A stretch of DNA of 63,717 nucleotides, filler included, from Thraustochytrium aureum (GCA_012862495.1; 8 parts of 3 records of this genome joined end to end with filler, not necessarily neighbours in it); one strand, 5' to 3'; positions 1 through 11,709 are shown, counted from the whole stretch's first letter. A program made the numbers and translations. Notes: a model not told the origin generated them from the letters alone.

Positions 1-560
1 CCCTCGGCAATGTCGGCATACTAACTTCAGAATGTCGTTGAAGCGTTGATGATCGATCGTGATGCTGCTTTCTGACGATGCCGTGGCGTTGGGTCCGCCA
101 AGGAGGAATGACCCCTGCGCGGCGATGAGCGCGACGCGCTGCTCGAGCGTCCCTTTCGCTTGCAACTGCGACAGGCCTGTTGTACTACCGAGTGAGAACA
201 AAGTAAGAGCCTGTCGCAAAGCAGCGCTCGGCTGCTGGGCTGCCGGGCTCGAATGCATGCCTGAGCTGCGCAAGCTAGCTCGCTGGCCAAGCCTTCGCGC
301 TGGCCGATGACGACGAGGCGAGGCGAGATGAGCTGGCTCGCCAGCCCGCCGCTCGCCCCCCCGACGCTCGCTGCTTGCCCGCCCGACGTTGGTTGATTCT
401 CGCAGCGGACTTTTTGCGCTGACCCCCATCTTCACTCCTGACAGGCGAGCTCGAGTCTTTCACCAGAATGAGCAAAGCCGAAGGCAGCCGCATGGCATGG
501 CACGTGCGCAACGCAGGCAGACCACGATCGTGAGACGCGTGCAAGCGCGGCCAATGCGCG

Positions 561-1358
561 TTGGAGGTTGATCGCGCAAAGAGCGGCAGAGATGATGCCA
601 AGCAAAGCCATGTCCAAGCGGCAGTCTGCCCTCGAAGCCAAGATACAACGCGCCATGGAGCTCAAGGGCCTTGGTCGAGGCCAAACTCGTGCACGCGGGC
701 CCCATTCTCGCTGCGAAGAGCGCGGCGCGAGCTTGACAGAGGCCTGGAGGAGGCCAGCTGGGGTTCGTTCACGTCCACCTCGTCGCTGTCGAGCGAGGCG
801 TCGGACGCGTCCGACGACTCTTGCAGTGTCTCGAGCTCGCCGAACAGCCCTCGCCAGTCGCCCCGGACGCCGCGCGGCTCTTTTGAAGACGCGCGGGCGG
901 ACCCTGCCAAGGAGAAAAGCGCGCGCCGGCTTGCGGCGCAGGGGGTGCGCCTCTTGGGCGAGATCGACGAAGAGGGCGAGGACTACCTGGACCGCGGCAT
1001 AGCGCTCCTCAACATGGCCGTCGCGGACGCGCGCGAGAGCGGCAGCAAATGCGCCGAAGCGCGCTGCCTTCAAGCCCTCGCGCTTGCCTTTTCAAAGTGC
1101 TCGGACAGGTCGCCGGCTGCCCCTCCGCTCTACGAGATGGCTGCCGCTATGTTTGTCGAGGTTGACGAGACGGGCGACGCCGTGAGCTGCATTGCCAGTG
1201 CGACTCGCTTGCTCAAAGAGCAAGGGCAGGCCGAGGACGCGATTCGCTGCTGCCAAAAGTACGTGGCGCTCGACGCGTCAGGCGCGCTTGCCGACCAGCT
1301 CGTCTTCCTGCTTCTAGAGTGGTCCAAATGCACGGAGGACCCGTCCTGCAGCATCTGA
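561..1358 (+). CDS. Hypothetical protein: Ser-rich linker followed by a helical TPR-like C-terminus; true start uncertain, possibly ATG ~592-610 in another frame plus an indel
   Basis: 265-aa ORF with an S/D-rich stretch, then amphipathic helices (AEARCLQALALAF, AEDAIRCCQKY). The overlapping frame MSKRQSALEAKIQRAMELKG looks like a plausible N-terminus. Confidence 0.45.
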   Translation: MEVDRAKSGRDDAKQSHVQAAVCPRSQDTTRHGAQGPWSRPNSCTRAPFSLRRARRELDRGLEEASWGSFTSTSSLSSEASDASDDSCSVSSSPNSPRQSPRTPRGSFEDARADPAKEKSARRLAAQGVRLLGEIDEEGEDYLDRGIALLNMAVADARESGSKCAEARCLQALALAFSKCSDRSPAAPPLYEMAAAMFVEVDETGDAVSCIASATRLLKEQGQAEDAIRCCQKYVALDASGALADQLVFLLLEWSKCTEDPSCSI

Positions 1359-2260
1359 ACAGGGCTGACTGACCACTAATTCTATCATGGTCGAGGCGCG
1401 TGAAGGATGTCGCGACTGGACCGTTCTGCCCGCCAGGCCCACAAACAAGCGAATGCCGAATACCCTACCCACCATACTCTATCGATCACAAAACCAGCTT
1501 GGCGCACGCTCGGCAAGCNNNNNNNNNNNNNNNNNNNNNNNNNNNNNNNNNNNNNNNNNNNNNNNNNNNNNNNNNNNNNNNNNNNNNNNNNNNNNNNNNN
1601 NNNNNNNNNNNNNNNNNNNNNNNNNNNNNNNNNNNNNNNNNNNNNNNNNNNNNNNNNNNNNNNNNNNNNNNNNNNNNNNNNNNNNNNNNNNNNNNNNNNN
1701 NNNNNNNNNNNNNNNNNNNNNNNNNNNNNNNNNNNNNNNNNNNNNNNNNNNNNNNNNNNNNNNNNNNNNNNNNNNNNNNNNNNNNNNNNNNNNNNNNNNN
1801 NNNNNNNNNNNNNNNNNNNNNNNNNNNNNNNNNNNNNNNNNNNNNNNNNNNNNNNNNNNNNNNNNNNNNNNNNNNNNNNNNNNNNNNNNNNNNNNNNNNN
1901 NNNNNNNNNNNNNNNNNNNNNNNNNNNNNNNNNNNNNNNNNNNNNNNNNNNNNNNNNNNNNNNNNNNNNNNNNNNNNNNNNNNNNNNNNNNNNNNNNNNN
2001 NNNNNNNNNNNNNNNNNNNNNNNNNNNNNNNNNNNNNNNNNNNNNNNNNNNNNNNNNNNNNNNNNNNNNNNNNNNNNNNNNNNNNNNNNNNNNNNNNNNN
2101 NNNNNNNNNNNNNNNNNNNNNNNNNNNNNNNNNNNNNNNNNNNNNNNNNNNNNNNNNNNNNNNNNNNNNNNNNNNNNNNNNNNNNNNNNNNNNNNNNNNN
2201 NNNNNNNNNNNNNNNNNNNNNNNNNNNNNNNNNNNNNNNNNNNNNNNNNNNNNNNNNNNC

Positions 2261-4114
2261 CACGGCTGCCGACGGGCAGGACTATGCGAATCCTGTAAGA
2301 AGGGCCGACCCAGAGGCCACGTCGCTGTCGTTCTGCGACGCCTTTCTTGGGGACCAGGGATGTGTCGCAGTCCTGGAGCGCGTTCGAACGAGCAGTACGC
2401 TCGTCCGTCTCGACCTCAAGGGCAACGGGATCTCGCTCCTGGGGGCCGAGTCTCTCGCAGACGCGCTGCGCGTCAACAGGTCGATTCAGTATCTGTGTCT
2501 CGAGTGGAACAGCATCGGCGCACACGACAGCGCCGTCCGCGCGCTCGCCTCTGGGCTTGAGATCAACCAGACTCTGCTCGAGCTCGACCTTCGCAACAAC
2601 ATGATAGGCCCAGAGGGCGGGGCGTCGCTAGCCCGCGCGCTGGCGAGCAATATTGGCTTGCGCGTGCTTGACGTGCGCTGGAACGAGTTTGGCGTCGCCG
2701 GCGGGCGCGCGCTCGCTCAGGCGCTTGAGGGCAGCAACAGGTCGCTCGTGGAGCTCAAATTGAGCGGGAACAACGTGGGCTCGCAGCACCAAGCGCGGAT
2801 CCACGTGGCTTTGGAGCGCAACAGGCACCCGGACGCTAGTGTAGCTGTCGGGCAGGCGCGGCTGGCGGGGCTCGCCGCTCGCTTCCGCGCCGCGGGCGCA
2901 AGTCCAGCGAGCTTTCTGCTTGGCCCCGAGGCGCGCGGCGAGGCGGAGGAAGACCATTTGGTATTCGCCGATCGTGTCGTCACGCTGGAGATGGAGCTGC
3001 GGCTCTCGCAGGAAGCCGTCTCGCGCGCCCAGGAGGAGGCCACGGTAGAGGGCGCCCGCCGGCAGGAGGCGCTCGCGCAGGTGCAGCGGCTTGCGGAGGA
3101 GCTGGAGAGCGCCAAGGCGCGCGCCGACGGCCTCGCAGAGCAAGTCCGCAAGGAACGCTCGGACGCCGCGGCAGCGCTGGCCAGAGTCCACGCGATAGAG
3201 CAGCAAGTTCTTGCCGGAGCCAAGCTCCTCGATGAAACCCGCGCTACCCTGGAAGACGAGCTGCGGCACCTCAAGCAAGCGCGCCACGAGCTCGAGAGCG
3301 AGCGGTGCAAAGCAGGCGCGCTGCAAGACCGCCTCGAGGCCGAGCAGCGGCAGCGCGGCGCGCTCGCGGAGCAGCTCGAGCGGGAGCAGAGCGCAGCGCT
3401 TGAGCAACGCAAGGCCGGACTACGGGCCACACTGGACTTTGAGGCCGCTCAAGCGCGGCTACTTGCTGAGTGGCAGACCAAGGTTCATGCGCTGGAGCAA
3501 AAGCTCGCGGACGAGATCCGAGCGCGAGCCGAGGACGCCAAGGCCCAGCGAGCGCTGTTGGCAGAAGCGGAGCGGGAGCGCGAGGCGGCGCTCAAGGCCG
3601 GCCGAACGGATGCTGAAGCGCAGCTTGCTTTTGCAAACCGGGCCAGGCAAGAGATCGAGGAGCGCATGTCAAGGGAGGCGAGCGAGGCTTTGCGCGCGGC
3701 AGAGGAGGCACACAAAGCTCAAGTGGCAGAGCTCAAGGAGGCGCACGCGGCCGCGCTCACCAAGCTTGAAGCGCAGCACGCGCAGCACACCAAGCGCGAG
3801 GTCGAGCTTGCCGTCGAGCAGGCCGTGGAAAAGGCCTTGCGCGACGCGGTCGCCCTGGCCGTGGCTTCCGCCGCCAAGGAGCTCGAGGCCGAGCACAAGC
3901 GCGCGCTGTGGCGGCGCGAAAAGGGCTCCAGGTCGAGGCGCGCGCCGAGGCGCAAAAGCAGGTCGACGCCGTCCGCTCCGACTACGCGCACGCGCAGGAG
4001 GACATACTCTCGCTCAAGTCCAAGCTCCTGCACGCCGAAAAGCAGCACGCCGAGCAGCTCAGCGCGCTCCAGGACCGCATGCGCCAGGCCGTCGTCGAAA
4101 CATTCAACAAGTAG
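2261..4114 (+). CDS. RNI-like leucine-rich repeat plus long coiled-coil protein (LRRC45-like); 5' end in gap, frameshift near 3910
   Basis: Repeats LxxLDLxxNxIGxxG (LVRLDLKGNGIS, LLELDLRNNMIGPEG, LRVLDVRWNEFG, LVELKLSGNNVG) followed by an E/A/L/R-rich coiled coil. The coil continues in ORF 3908..4114 (…QAVVETFNK*). Confidence 0.7.
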
Positions 4115-4658
4115 CACTCACTCATAACGGCACGCCCACCCATCCATCCTCTGGCCCTCCTTGACGTGTGTGCTCCCTCCTTCCTTTTTCCTTCTCCGCT
4201 CCAGAGGGGAAAAGAGACACAGCTCCTTCACTTCTGACTTGGTGTTCCTTTTGTTCCTTCAGCTGCGCTTCCTGCCAGTGCGTTTTCTTTTGCGCCCCNN
4301 NNNNNNNNNNNNNNNNNNNNNNNNNNNNNNNNNNNNNNNNNNNNNNNNNNNNNNNNNNNNNNNNNNNNNNNNNNNNNNNNNNNNNNNNNNNNNNNNNNNN
4401 NNNNNNNNNNNNNNNNNNNNNNNNNNNNNNNNNNNNNNNNNNNNNNNNNNNNNNNNNNNNNNNNNNNNNNNNNNNNNNNNNNNNNNNNNNNNNNNNNNNN
4501 NNNNNNNNNNNNNNNNNNNNNNNNNNNNNNNNNNNNNNNNNNNNNNNNNNNNNNNNNNNNNNNNNNNNNNNNNNNNNNNNNNNNNNNNNNNNNNNCGCGG
4601 AGAGGGAGAGGAGGACGCGAGAGGCGCCGTGCACAAGGGCATGCAAGTACAAGTAGTA

Positions 4659-4659
4659 G

Positions 4660-4694
<35 letters not shown>

Positions 4695-4755
4695 ACGCCG
4701 ATCATTGGGCGAGTGCGCGGCTGCTGGTGGCTGGCTGGCTGGCTGGCTGGCTGGG
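4659..4755. repeat. (GCAG)n and (GCTG)n microsatellites just upstream of profilin
   Basis: gcaggcaggcag… at ~4659-4694 and gctggctggctg… at ~4720-4755. Confidence 0.9.
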
Positions 4756-4760
4756 GCGGG

Positions 4761-5228
4761 ATGTCGGCGACATGGCAGCAGTACATTGACTCGCAGCTCG
4801 TGGCGCCGGGCGCCGTGGACCAGGCGTGCATGCTCGGGAAGAATGATGCCTGCGTGTGGGCCAACACGCCCGAGTTCATGCCGAGGATGTACGAAGGCGT
4901 GGTGGCGCAGGACGACGGCACGGAGGCCAAGCAGACTATCAACGAGGCGGTGATCATGTCCAAGATTGCGCAGACGCTGCGCAAGCCGCCCGAGGGGCTT
5001 CGCATCAACGGCGTCAAGTACATGCCCGTGCGCACGTACGCGAACGGGTCGGCAGAGGACGGGCTCGCCACCATTTACTTTAAGAAACCGCGCGGCGGGG
5101 GCTGTTTGGTTGTCACAAACCAGTGCCTGATTGTCGCCACGTTTGACGAGGGCAAGGGCCAGTCGGCGTCAGGCTGCAACTTTGCAGTGGAGGCGCTCGG
5201 GCGCTACCTGTACGAGTCGGGCTACTAA
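4761..5228 (+). CDS. PFN: Profilin (155 aa)
   Basis: MSATWQQYIDSQL N-terminal helix, GLRINGVKYM, KKPRGGGCLVVTNQCLIVATFDE, and C-terminal VEALGRYLYESGY are all canonical profilin motifs. Confidence 0.93.
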   Translation: MSATWQQYIDSQLVAPGAVDQACMLGKNDACVWANTPEFMPRMYEGVVAQDDGTEAKQTINEAVIMSKIAQTLRKPPEGLRINGVKYMPVRTYANGSAEDGLATIYFKKPRGGGCLVVTNQCLIVATFDEGKGQSASGCNFAVEALGRYLYESGY

Positions 5229-6947
5229 GAGTCCGCCGCCGCTTGTACCACCTGATAATAGAAACCAACCGAAGAGCAATAGTATGCCCGCTGGCACTGC
5301 CTCGCGCGAGCGTCGACTCGACCTTGGATCTCGCTGCGGTGCTGGCGAGGCGCCCACTCGCACCGAAACGCCCTTCCCGACCCTTTCCGAAAAATGCATT
5401 TGCTTTCCTTGTCTTTGTCAATCGGCGCGCGCTCAGACAACCAGAGCCGCAACACAGCCACTTACTAGGCGTGATGCGAGCGAGCATCAAGTCAACGCGA
5501 CGCTCTCTCGCGCGCGACGTGCGAGTTGGAGTCGAGCCAAAGGCGAGGTGCGAACCCCTCCCCCCCTCGCTCCACACCTCGCTCTCTCTACTAGTAGAGC
5601 TAGCGCCGAGAGAGAGCTAGCTCAGGTTTCAAGAAGGTGGGGGGCGCGGCCGTCCGGAGGAGCTTGAGCCGCCGCGTCTCGGAAAGAGCGCGCGTCAACC
5701 CCCACCAACGGGCAGAACAAACCAGCGCGGCCGCCTAAGCGACATATGTAACACAAGCGCCGTAGATCTGCGAGCTAAAGCCGAGTCCCAGGCCCACCCT
5801 GAGCGTGCCCCAGCCAATAGCAAGCCGCCGAGCAATAAACCGGAGGCGCGAGTCGCCCGTCTGCTCGGCGTGCACCTCGGCATCACGCCAGAGGTGACGC
5901 AAAATGGTCGTCGCGCTCTTGTGCGNNNNNNNNNNNNNNNNNNNNNNNNNNNNNNNNNNNNNNNNNNNNNNNNNNNNNNNNNNNNNNNNNNNNNNNNNNN
6001 NNNNNNNNNNNNNNNNNNNNNNNNNNNNNNNNNNNNNNNNNNNNNNNNNNNNNNNNNNNNNNNNNNNNNNNNNNNNNNNNNNNNNNNNNNNNNNNNNNNN
6101 NNNNNNNNNNNNNNNNNNNNNNNNNNNNNNNNNNNNNNNNNNNNNNNNNNNNNNNNNNNNNNNNNNNNNNNNNNNNNNNNNNNNNNNNNNNNNNNNNNNN
6201 NNNNNNNNNNNNNNNNNNNNNNNNNNNNNNNNNNNNNNNNNNNNNNNNNNNNNNNNNNNNNNNNNNNNNNNNNNNNNNNNNNNNNNNNNNNNNNNNNNNN
6301 NNNNNNNNNNNNNNNNNNNNNNNNNNNNNNNNNNNNNNNNNNNNNNNNNNNNNNNNNNNNNNNNNNNNNNNNNNNNNNNNNNNNNNNNNNNNNNNNNNNN
6401 NNNNNNNNNNNNNNNNNNNNNNNNNNNNNNNNNNNNNNNNNNNNNNNNNNNNNNNNNNNNNNNNNNNNNNNNNNNNNNNNNNNNNNNNNNNNNNNNNNNN
6501 NNNNNNNNNNNNNNNNNNNNNNNNNNNNNNNNNNNNNNNNNNNNNNNNNNNNNNNNNNNNNNNNNNNNNNNNNNNNNNNNNNNNNNNNNNNNNNNNNNNN
6601 NNNNNNNNNNNNNNNNNNNNNNNNNNNNNNNNNNNNNNNNNNNNNNNNNNNNNNNNNNNNNNNNNNNNNNNNNNNNNNNNNNNNNNNNNNNNNNNNNNNN
6701 NNNNNNNNNNNNNNNNNNNNNNNNNNNNNNNNNNNNNNNNNNNNNNNNNNNNNNNNNNNNNNNNNNNNNNNNNNNNNNNNNGTGATGATGAAGACGATGG
6801 CCGCTCCACGGCGCGCTGGCAGACACCGAACGCCTCGAGCGCGGCCGGGTCGCGCGGCGCGGCGCGGCAGTCGTCGAGGCGATGCCCGCGCTGAGGAGTA
6901 CCGCGGAGCCTGCGGGAGCGCGCCGGGACGGCGGAGCGAGCGGCAAC

Positions 6948-7502
6948 ATGGCGCATTCGGTGGCGCGCCAAAGTGAGGGCCTCGCGACCAACGAGGAAGA
7001 GCCGCTCGTGGAGGCTGCCGATGCCGTGGACGCGCGGGCCGCGCTCGTGGGGCGCAAGGAGAAGCTCGTGCAAGAGGCGATCGATCGGATTGGGTTCGGG
7101 CGGTTTCACGGGTTGTTGTTCGCAGTGTGCGGCCTCGGGTGGAGCGCGGACGTGGCGGAGATCTTTAGCGCCGGCCTGCTGATGCCGGTGCTGAAGAAGG
7201 AGTTCGGGCTGAGCAGCGGTGCTGCAGGTCTCGTGTCCAGCGTCACGATGGCAGGCATGCTTGTGGGCTCGTGGGCCTGGGGCACGGTCGGCGACGTTCT
7301 GGGCCGCAAGACTACGTTCTTCTGGACCTCGCTGCTGACGTGCGTGTTTGGTGTCGCATCTGCGGCCACGTCCACGTTCCCGGGGTTTTTGGTCTGCCGA
7401 TTCTTGGTTGGGGTTTGCCTTGGCGGCAACCTACCCGTCGACTTTTCGCTCTTTCTGGAGTGGACGCCCACGACCCTTCGCGACAGCGCAACGATCGCGC
7501 TC
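6948..7502 (+). CDS. MFS transporter, SV2/SVOP-like (3' truncated at scaffold end)
   Basis: AIDRIGFGRFH…GWSADVAE, GMLVGSWAWGTVGDVLGRK (MFS motif A), RFLVGVCLGGNLPVDFSLFLEWTP. Confidence 0.88.
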
Positions 7503-7602
7503 NNNNNNNNNNNNNNNNNNNNNNNNNNNNNNNNNNNNNNNNNNNNTTAATTAATTAANNNNNNNNNNNNNNNNNNNNNNNNNNNNNNNNNNNNNNNNNN
7601 NN
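7503..7602. other. Artificial scaffold linker (N-TTAATTAATTAA-N)
   Basis: A six-frame-stop 12-mer at 7547-7558 flanked by N runs; the same linker recurs seven times in the window. Confidence 0.97.
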
Positions 7603-7819
7603 CCCTTGCTGGGCGACGCGCGCTTGACTCAGCCGCGACGAACATTTGCTCGCTGCCGCCCTGGTGGTCCCGAATCGCCTTGTAGAGGTCCACCGGGCCA
7701 CCCAGCTCAGCGGCGAGCGCCTCGCGCTTCTCGGCGAGTTGCTCCACCGTCACGGCCGCCTTCGCAGCAGCCACGTCGAGGCGGCGCTGCGCCACGATCA
7801 GCTCGAGTTTGGACGGCAT
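7603..7819 (-). CDS. trpC: Indole-3-glycerol phosphate synthase, N-terminal fragment (1-nt deletion; truncated at scaffold end)
   Basis: MPSKLELIVAQRRLDV…MFVAAE. Restoring one base gives VAAE(F)KRASPSKG, the IGPS signature E-x-K-R-A-S-P-S-K-G. Confidence 0.82.
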
Positions 7820-8378
7820 TTCCCGAGGACGCTAGCCCCGTGTCCAGCGCCCCCTCCTGGCGTGCGCCTTCTCCCAGCTGTTTCCCGGCCCGTGCCGCGC
7901 GCTCGTCTCTGCCTCGCCTCCCTGCTCGCCTTCGCGGGTCTGCGAGGCTGTGAGCGCCCCCGAACGGAGTAAAACGAGGCCTGCTCGCTCCTGGACCCGG
8001 TTCATCGGGGGATTTGTTCTGCGCCCTTGCACATGCCATCAATCTTGAAATCAAGCGATCAACAGCACCCGCGCCAATCGCCACCTACATCGCAGGCGGA
8101 GTTCGTTGCGCGCGGGCGAGGGGCAGGCAGGCAGGCAGGCAAGGGCAAAGTTGCGCAAGATGGTGCGAAGAAAATCGTGTTACTTCGGCCGAACATGACG
8201 GCCTCCCGCGGAGGCGCGGCTCCAACGCAGGCTTGCCAGTGGAGCCGGCTTGGCCGCCGGCCGGCGCTAGCTAGTACTCCCGCAGGCACCCTTGCCAGTG
8301 CTGTCTTCTACGGCGTGCCTTCGCCGCGGCCGGCGACTGCAGCCGTCCACGGCGTCCCCGCTCGGGCTCACTCGGGGC

Positions 8379-10113
8379 TCACTTGGTCTGGAGCACGCCA
8401 GCAGCGATTAGCAGCTCGATCTTCTGCGCCATCTCCGGGTTGGACATGATCTCGCGCGCTTTGGCCGGGTTGCTCGACATGTCGCGCAGCGCTTGCTGCA
8501 TGACTGGGTCGTTCATGATGTTGCGGATCTCGGGGTCCTCCATGGCGCGGGCGGCGCGCTGCTGGTCGCTCTCGCCAGACGAGTTGCGAACAGCGTACTG
8601 GGTCTTGGTGATGCCTTGCTGGCACTCTTGGTTGGTCGGGTCGATCTCGAGCCCTTGCTGGAACGTCCTGAGGGCCTTGTGGTACTCCTTGAGGAAAAAC
8701 TCAATGTTGCCCTTGCGCGCGTACATCTTGATATACTTGGGGTCAAGCTCGAGCGCCTTCTTGCAGTCGTCCATGGCGCGGCCAAAGTCCGCGAGCTTCA
8801 TGTACGCCGCGGCGCGGTTCCCATAGTACACCGGGCACTCCGGGTCGCGCTTGATGGCCTCCGAATAATCCACGATCGAGCCGGGAAAGTCGCCGGCCTT
8901 GAACTTTTCGTTGCCGAGGTCCTTGGCCTCCTTGGCCAGCTCCGGGTTGATGTACGCCTCGGCCTCGGCCTTTTTCTGCGCATTCTCGGCCTTCTTGAGC
9001 CGGTTGGCGACTGCTGGGGTGCTGTGCTCAAGCTGAGCCGATTTGTAGTAGTCGACGGCCAGGTCCCACTTTTTGTGCTTGAAGCAGGCGTTGCCCATGC
9101 GCTCGTAGGCCTTGGCCACGAGCTCGTAGCTCGCATACACCGAGCGGCCCACCTCGATGGCCTTCTTGCACTTTTCGATGCAGGCCTCAAAATCGCCCTG
9201 TTCGAGCTTGACAGAGGCAATGTTGAGCAGGAAGGTCATGTTCTCCGGGTCGAGCTCCACTGCCTTGTTGTACAGTTCGAGCGCCTGGTCAAACTCCTTC
9301 TTCTTGTAGTGCTCGTTGCCCTGGTTTTTCATCTCGAGAGCCTGCTCCTTGCGCTCGCGTGCCTCGCGCTCCTCGGGGGTCTCAGCCTCGCGCTTCTTGC
9401 GCTCCTCCTCCTCCAGGCGCTGCTTTTCGCGCTCGGCCGCCTCGGCCTTGCGCTGCTTCTCGCGCTCCTCGGCCTCTGCTTTGCGCTTCGCCTCCTCTTC
9501 GGGCGACGTCCCGGGGCCGGTCTCGAACCGGATCCCCAGAACCTCGGCGAATGTCTCTTGGATGCGCGGGTCTTGAGCAGCAAACTGAAGCGCTTGCGGG
9601 TTTTTCTGAATCATGGTGAGCATCTGCATGTACGTCGGGTCGTCCATGTACTTGGCGAGCTTGGGGCTTGCCTTGACCTTCTCCATAAAGTCCGGCCCGA
9701 ACAGGGCCCCCAGGCCCCCGGCGCCGTCGCCGCCGCCCTCCTTCGCCTGCTTGACTGCCTCGAGCCCGGCGAGGAGGCCGGCGTTGTCGGCCTCGATCGC
9801 GAGCCCCTTCTCGTAGGCTTCGATCGCCTCGTCGTACTTGCCCAGGTTGTGCAGGGCGGCGCCCTTGCGGCTCCAGCCTTTCGCCCAGGTTGGGCTTACG
9901 CGAATGCACTCCTCGGCGTCCTTGAGCGCGGTCTCCGCAAACCCCTTGGACCAGGTACGCCGCGGACCTGTTCGAGTAGTACACGTGGTCCTCGTGCAGC
10001 TTGATTGCCTCGGTGTACCACTCAATCGCCTTGTCAAAGTCCTTGGCCTTCAGCGCATCGTTCCCCTTGGCCTTGCACTCCTCGGCGTCCGCCTTCTTGT
10101 CCCTCGACGCCAT
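8379..10113 (-). CDS. STI1: Hsp70-Hsp90 organizing protein STI1/HOP (frameshift near 9950)
   Basis: TPR1 (KAKGNDALKAKDFDKAIEWYTEAI, YYSNRSAAY, KGWSRKGAAL), DP1, TPR2A (KNQGNEHYKKKEF), TPR2B (KDLGNEKFK) and DP2 (DPEIRNIMNDPVMQQAL…KIELLIAAGVL). Confidence 0.95.
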
Positions 10114-10878
10114 CTCGGCGACCTGGCTCGCTTCCTCGCCGCTTCGCTCGAACCCGGCGACGGCGCCCGGTGCCAAACGCTGCCTTTTCGGGGCCGACAG
10201 CGTCCAGTCCAAAGCTCGACGCCGGTGCACGCGGCCAAGTTCACCTGCCTGCTCGCCTTGCTCTGACGGCCTGCCTCGCTCGGCGCCTGTGTCTCGCTGG
10301 TCTCGAACGGTGTCTGGCGCTCGTCGCTCGCTCGCTTGGTTGACCTGGATGATCCATCGATCGCCTTCCAGAAAAAAACACGAAAGGGCACATTTTCATC
10401 GCCAAGGACGACGCTTCCGGCGCGCGGCCCATGTTCGCGAGCGTCGAGAACGCCCTCGTCGTGGCGCTGCGCGATGAGTCGAACAGCAACTGCCGGGGCC
10501 CTTGCACNNNNNNNNNNNNNNNNNNNNNNNNNNNNNNNNNNNNNNNNNNNNNNNNNNNNNNNNNNNNNNNNNNNNNNNNNNNNNNNNNNNNNNNNNNNNN
10601 NNNNNNNNNNNNNNNNNNNNNNNNNNNNNNNNNNNNNNNNNNNNNNNNNNNNNNNNNNNNGCTTTTGGTTTGGGCTTTGGCGGGCTCCGGCACGGCTCGC
10701 CTTCCCGCGGCTCGCGACGCCGCGGATTTGGGGGCAGGCGCCTGCCTGCCTTGGCCGTCGCCCTGGGGATGTGCAGGGGGGTCGTAGTATTCACATTTAT
10801 TAATTGGTCAAGCAGCCGAGGACACGCCGTCGGCGCAGGCCAGCGCCGTGCACGGCGAACTCGAGCTGCGCGCTGGCG

Positions 10879-11709
10879 CTAAAGCACGCGGCGCTCTGCG
10901 GCCTTCCATTTGGTACCGGGTGAACCAAGTCTTGTTCTTTGGAGCTGGATAACCAGCAGAGTCAAGCGCGAGTGCATAAACTCGCGCTGGTCGGCGGCCA
11001 GCTCCAGGTCCAGGGTCAGCCTCTCGCCCGTCTTCGGGTCGCGCTCGCGCGACATGAGGCTGAGGTACCGGTTTTCGTGCTTGTGGCGCCCGGTCCGTTT
11101 GAGCGCCGCCGTCTTGATGCCCTTGTGTATCCGCTTGATGTTGGCGACGGGCACTTGGAGCACGCCGCGCTGGCCCGCGTGGCCCATCTCGTGCCGCACC
11201 CTGCGGCCCACGCACAGGTGCTTGAGGTCTTCCGAGATCCAGAGGTACTGCACGGCCACGAGCCGCCGGTCTATAAGGGCCAGCGGGGTTCTCCTGCCGC
11301 GCGGGTGAACCTTGACGCGGACGCCGCACCGCAAAAAGTTGGTAAAGCACTCGAGCACAGAGGCCTGCGTCGTGTACTGCTCCACGCCGAGCGCCTCGTA
11401 CAGGAAGCGCTCCCATTCGCCCAGCGACCCGGTGGTCCGGCGGGGCCTGGGGGCAGCCGCTGTGACGCCGTTCCTCACGAGGGCAGTGCCTGTGACGGCC
11501 TTTGCTTGCGCGAGCTGCACGGCTTGCAGGCCGCACCGTAGCTCGCTGTTCTGGGGGTCGAGCTTTAGTCCGCGCAGGTAGGCATTGGTGGCCTCCTTGT
11601 ACCTGCCGAGGCGGTGCAGCGCGGCGCCCTTCTTGCCGAGCCCCGTTTGCATGTCGGGGATCATCAATAGGTGCTCGTCGCTCATCGCGATCATCTTGCC
11701 GTCCAGCAA
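10879..11709 (-). CDS. TPR plus PH-like domain protein, paralogous to the C-terminus of the neighbouring DnaJ-PH gene
   Basis: N-terminal TPR (KKGAALHRLGRYKEATNAYLRGLKLDPQN) followed by a PLC-type PH-like fold (IKRIHKGIKT…YLSLMSRER…TLDLE). Confidence 0.65.
   Translation of the reverse strand: MLDGKMIAMSDEHLLMIPDMQTGLGKKGAALHRLGRYKEATNAYLRGLKLDPQNSELRCGLQAVQLAQAKAVTGTALVRNGVTAAAPRPRRTTGSLGEWERFLYEALGVEQYTTQASVLECFTNFLRCGVRVKVHPRGRRTPLALIDRRLVAVQYLWISEDLKHLCVGRRVRHEMGHAGQRGVLQVPVANIKRIHKGIKTAALKRTGRHKHENRYLSLMSRERDPKTGERLTLDLELAADQREFMHSRLTLLVIQLQRTRLGSPGTKWKAAERRVL

Noticed and set aside
1385..6785. ORFs in the track made mostly of X
   Set aside because: They result from translating through N gaps.
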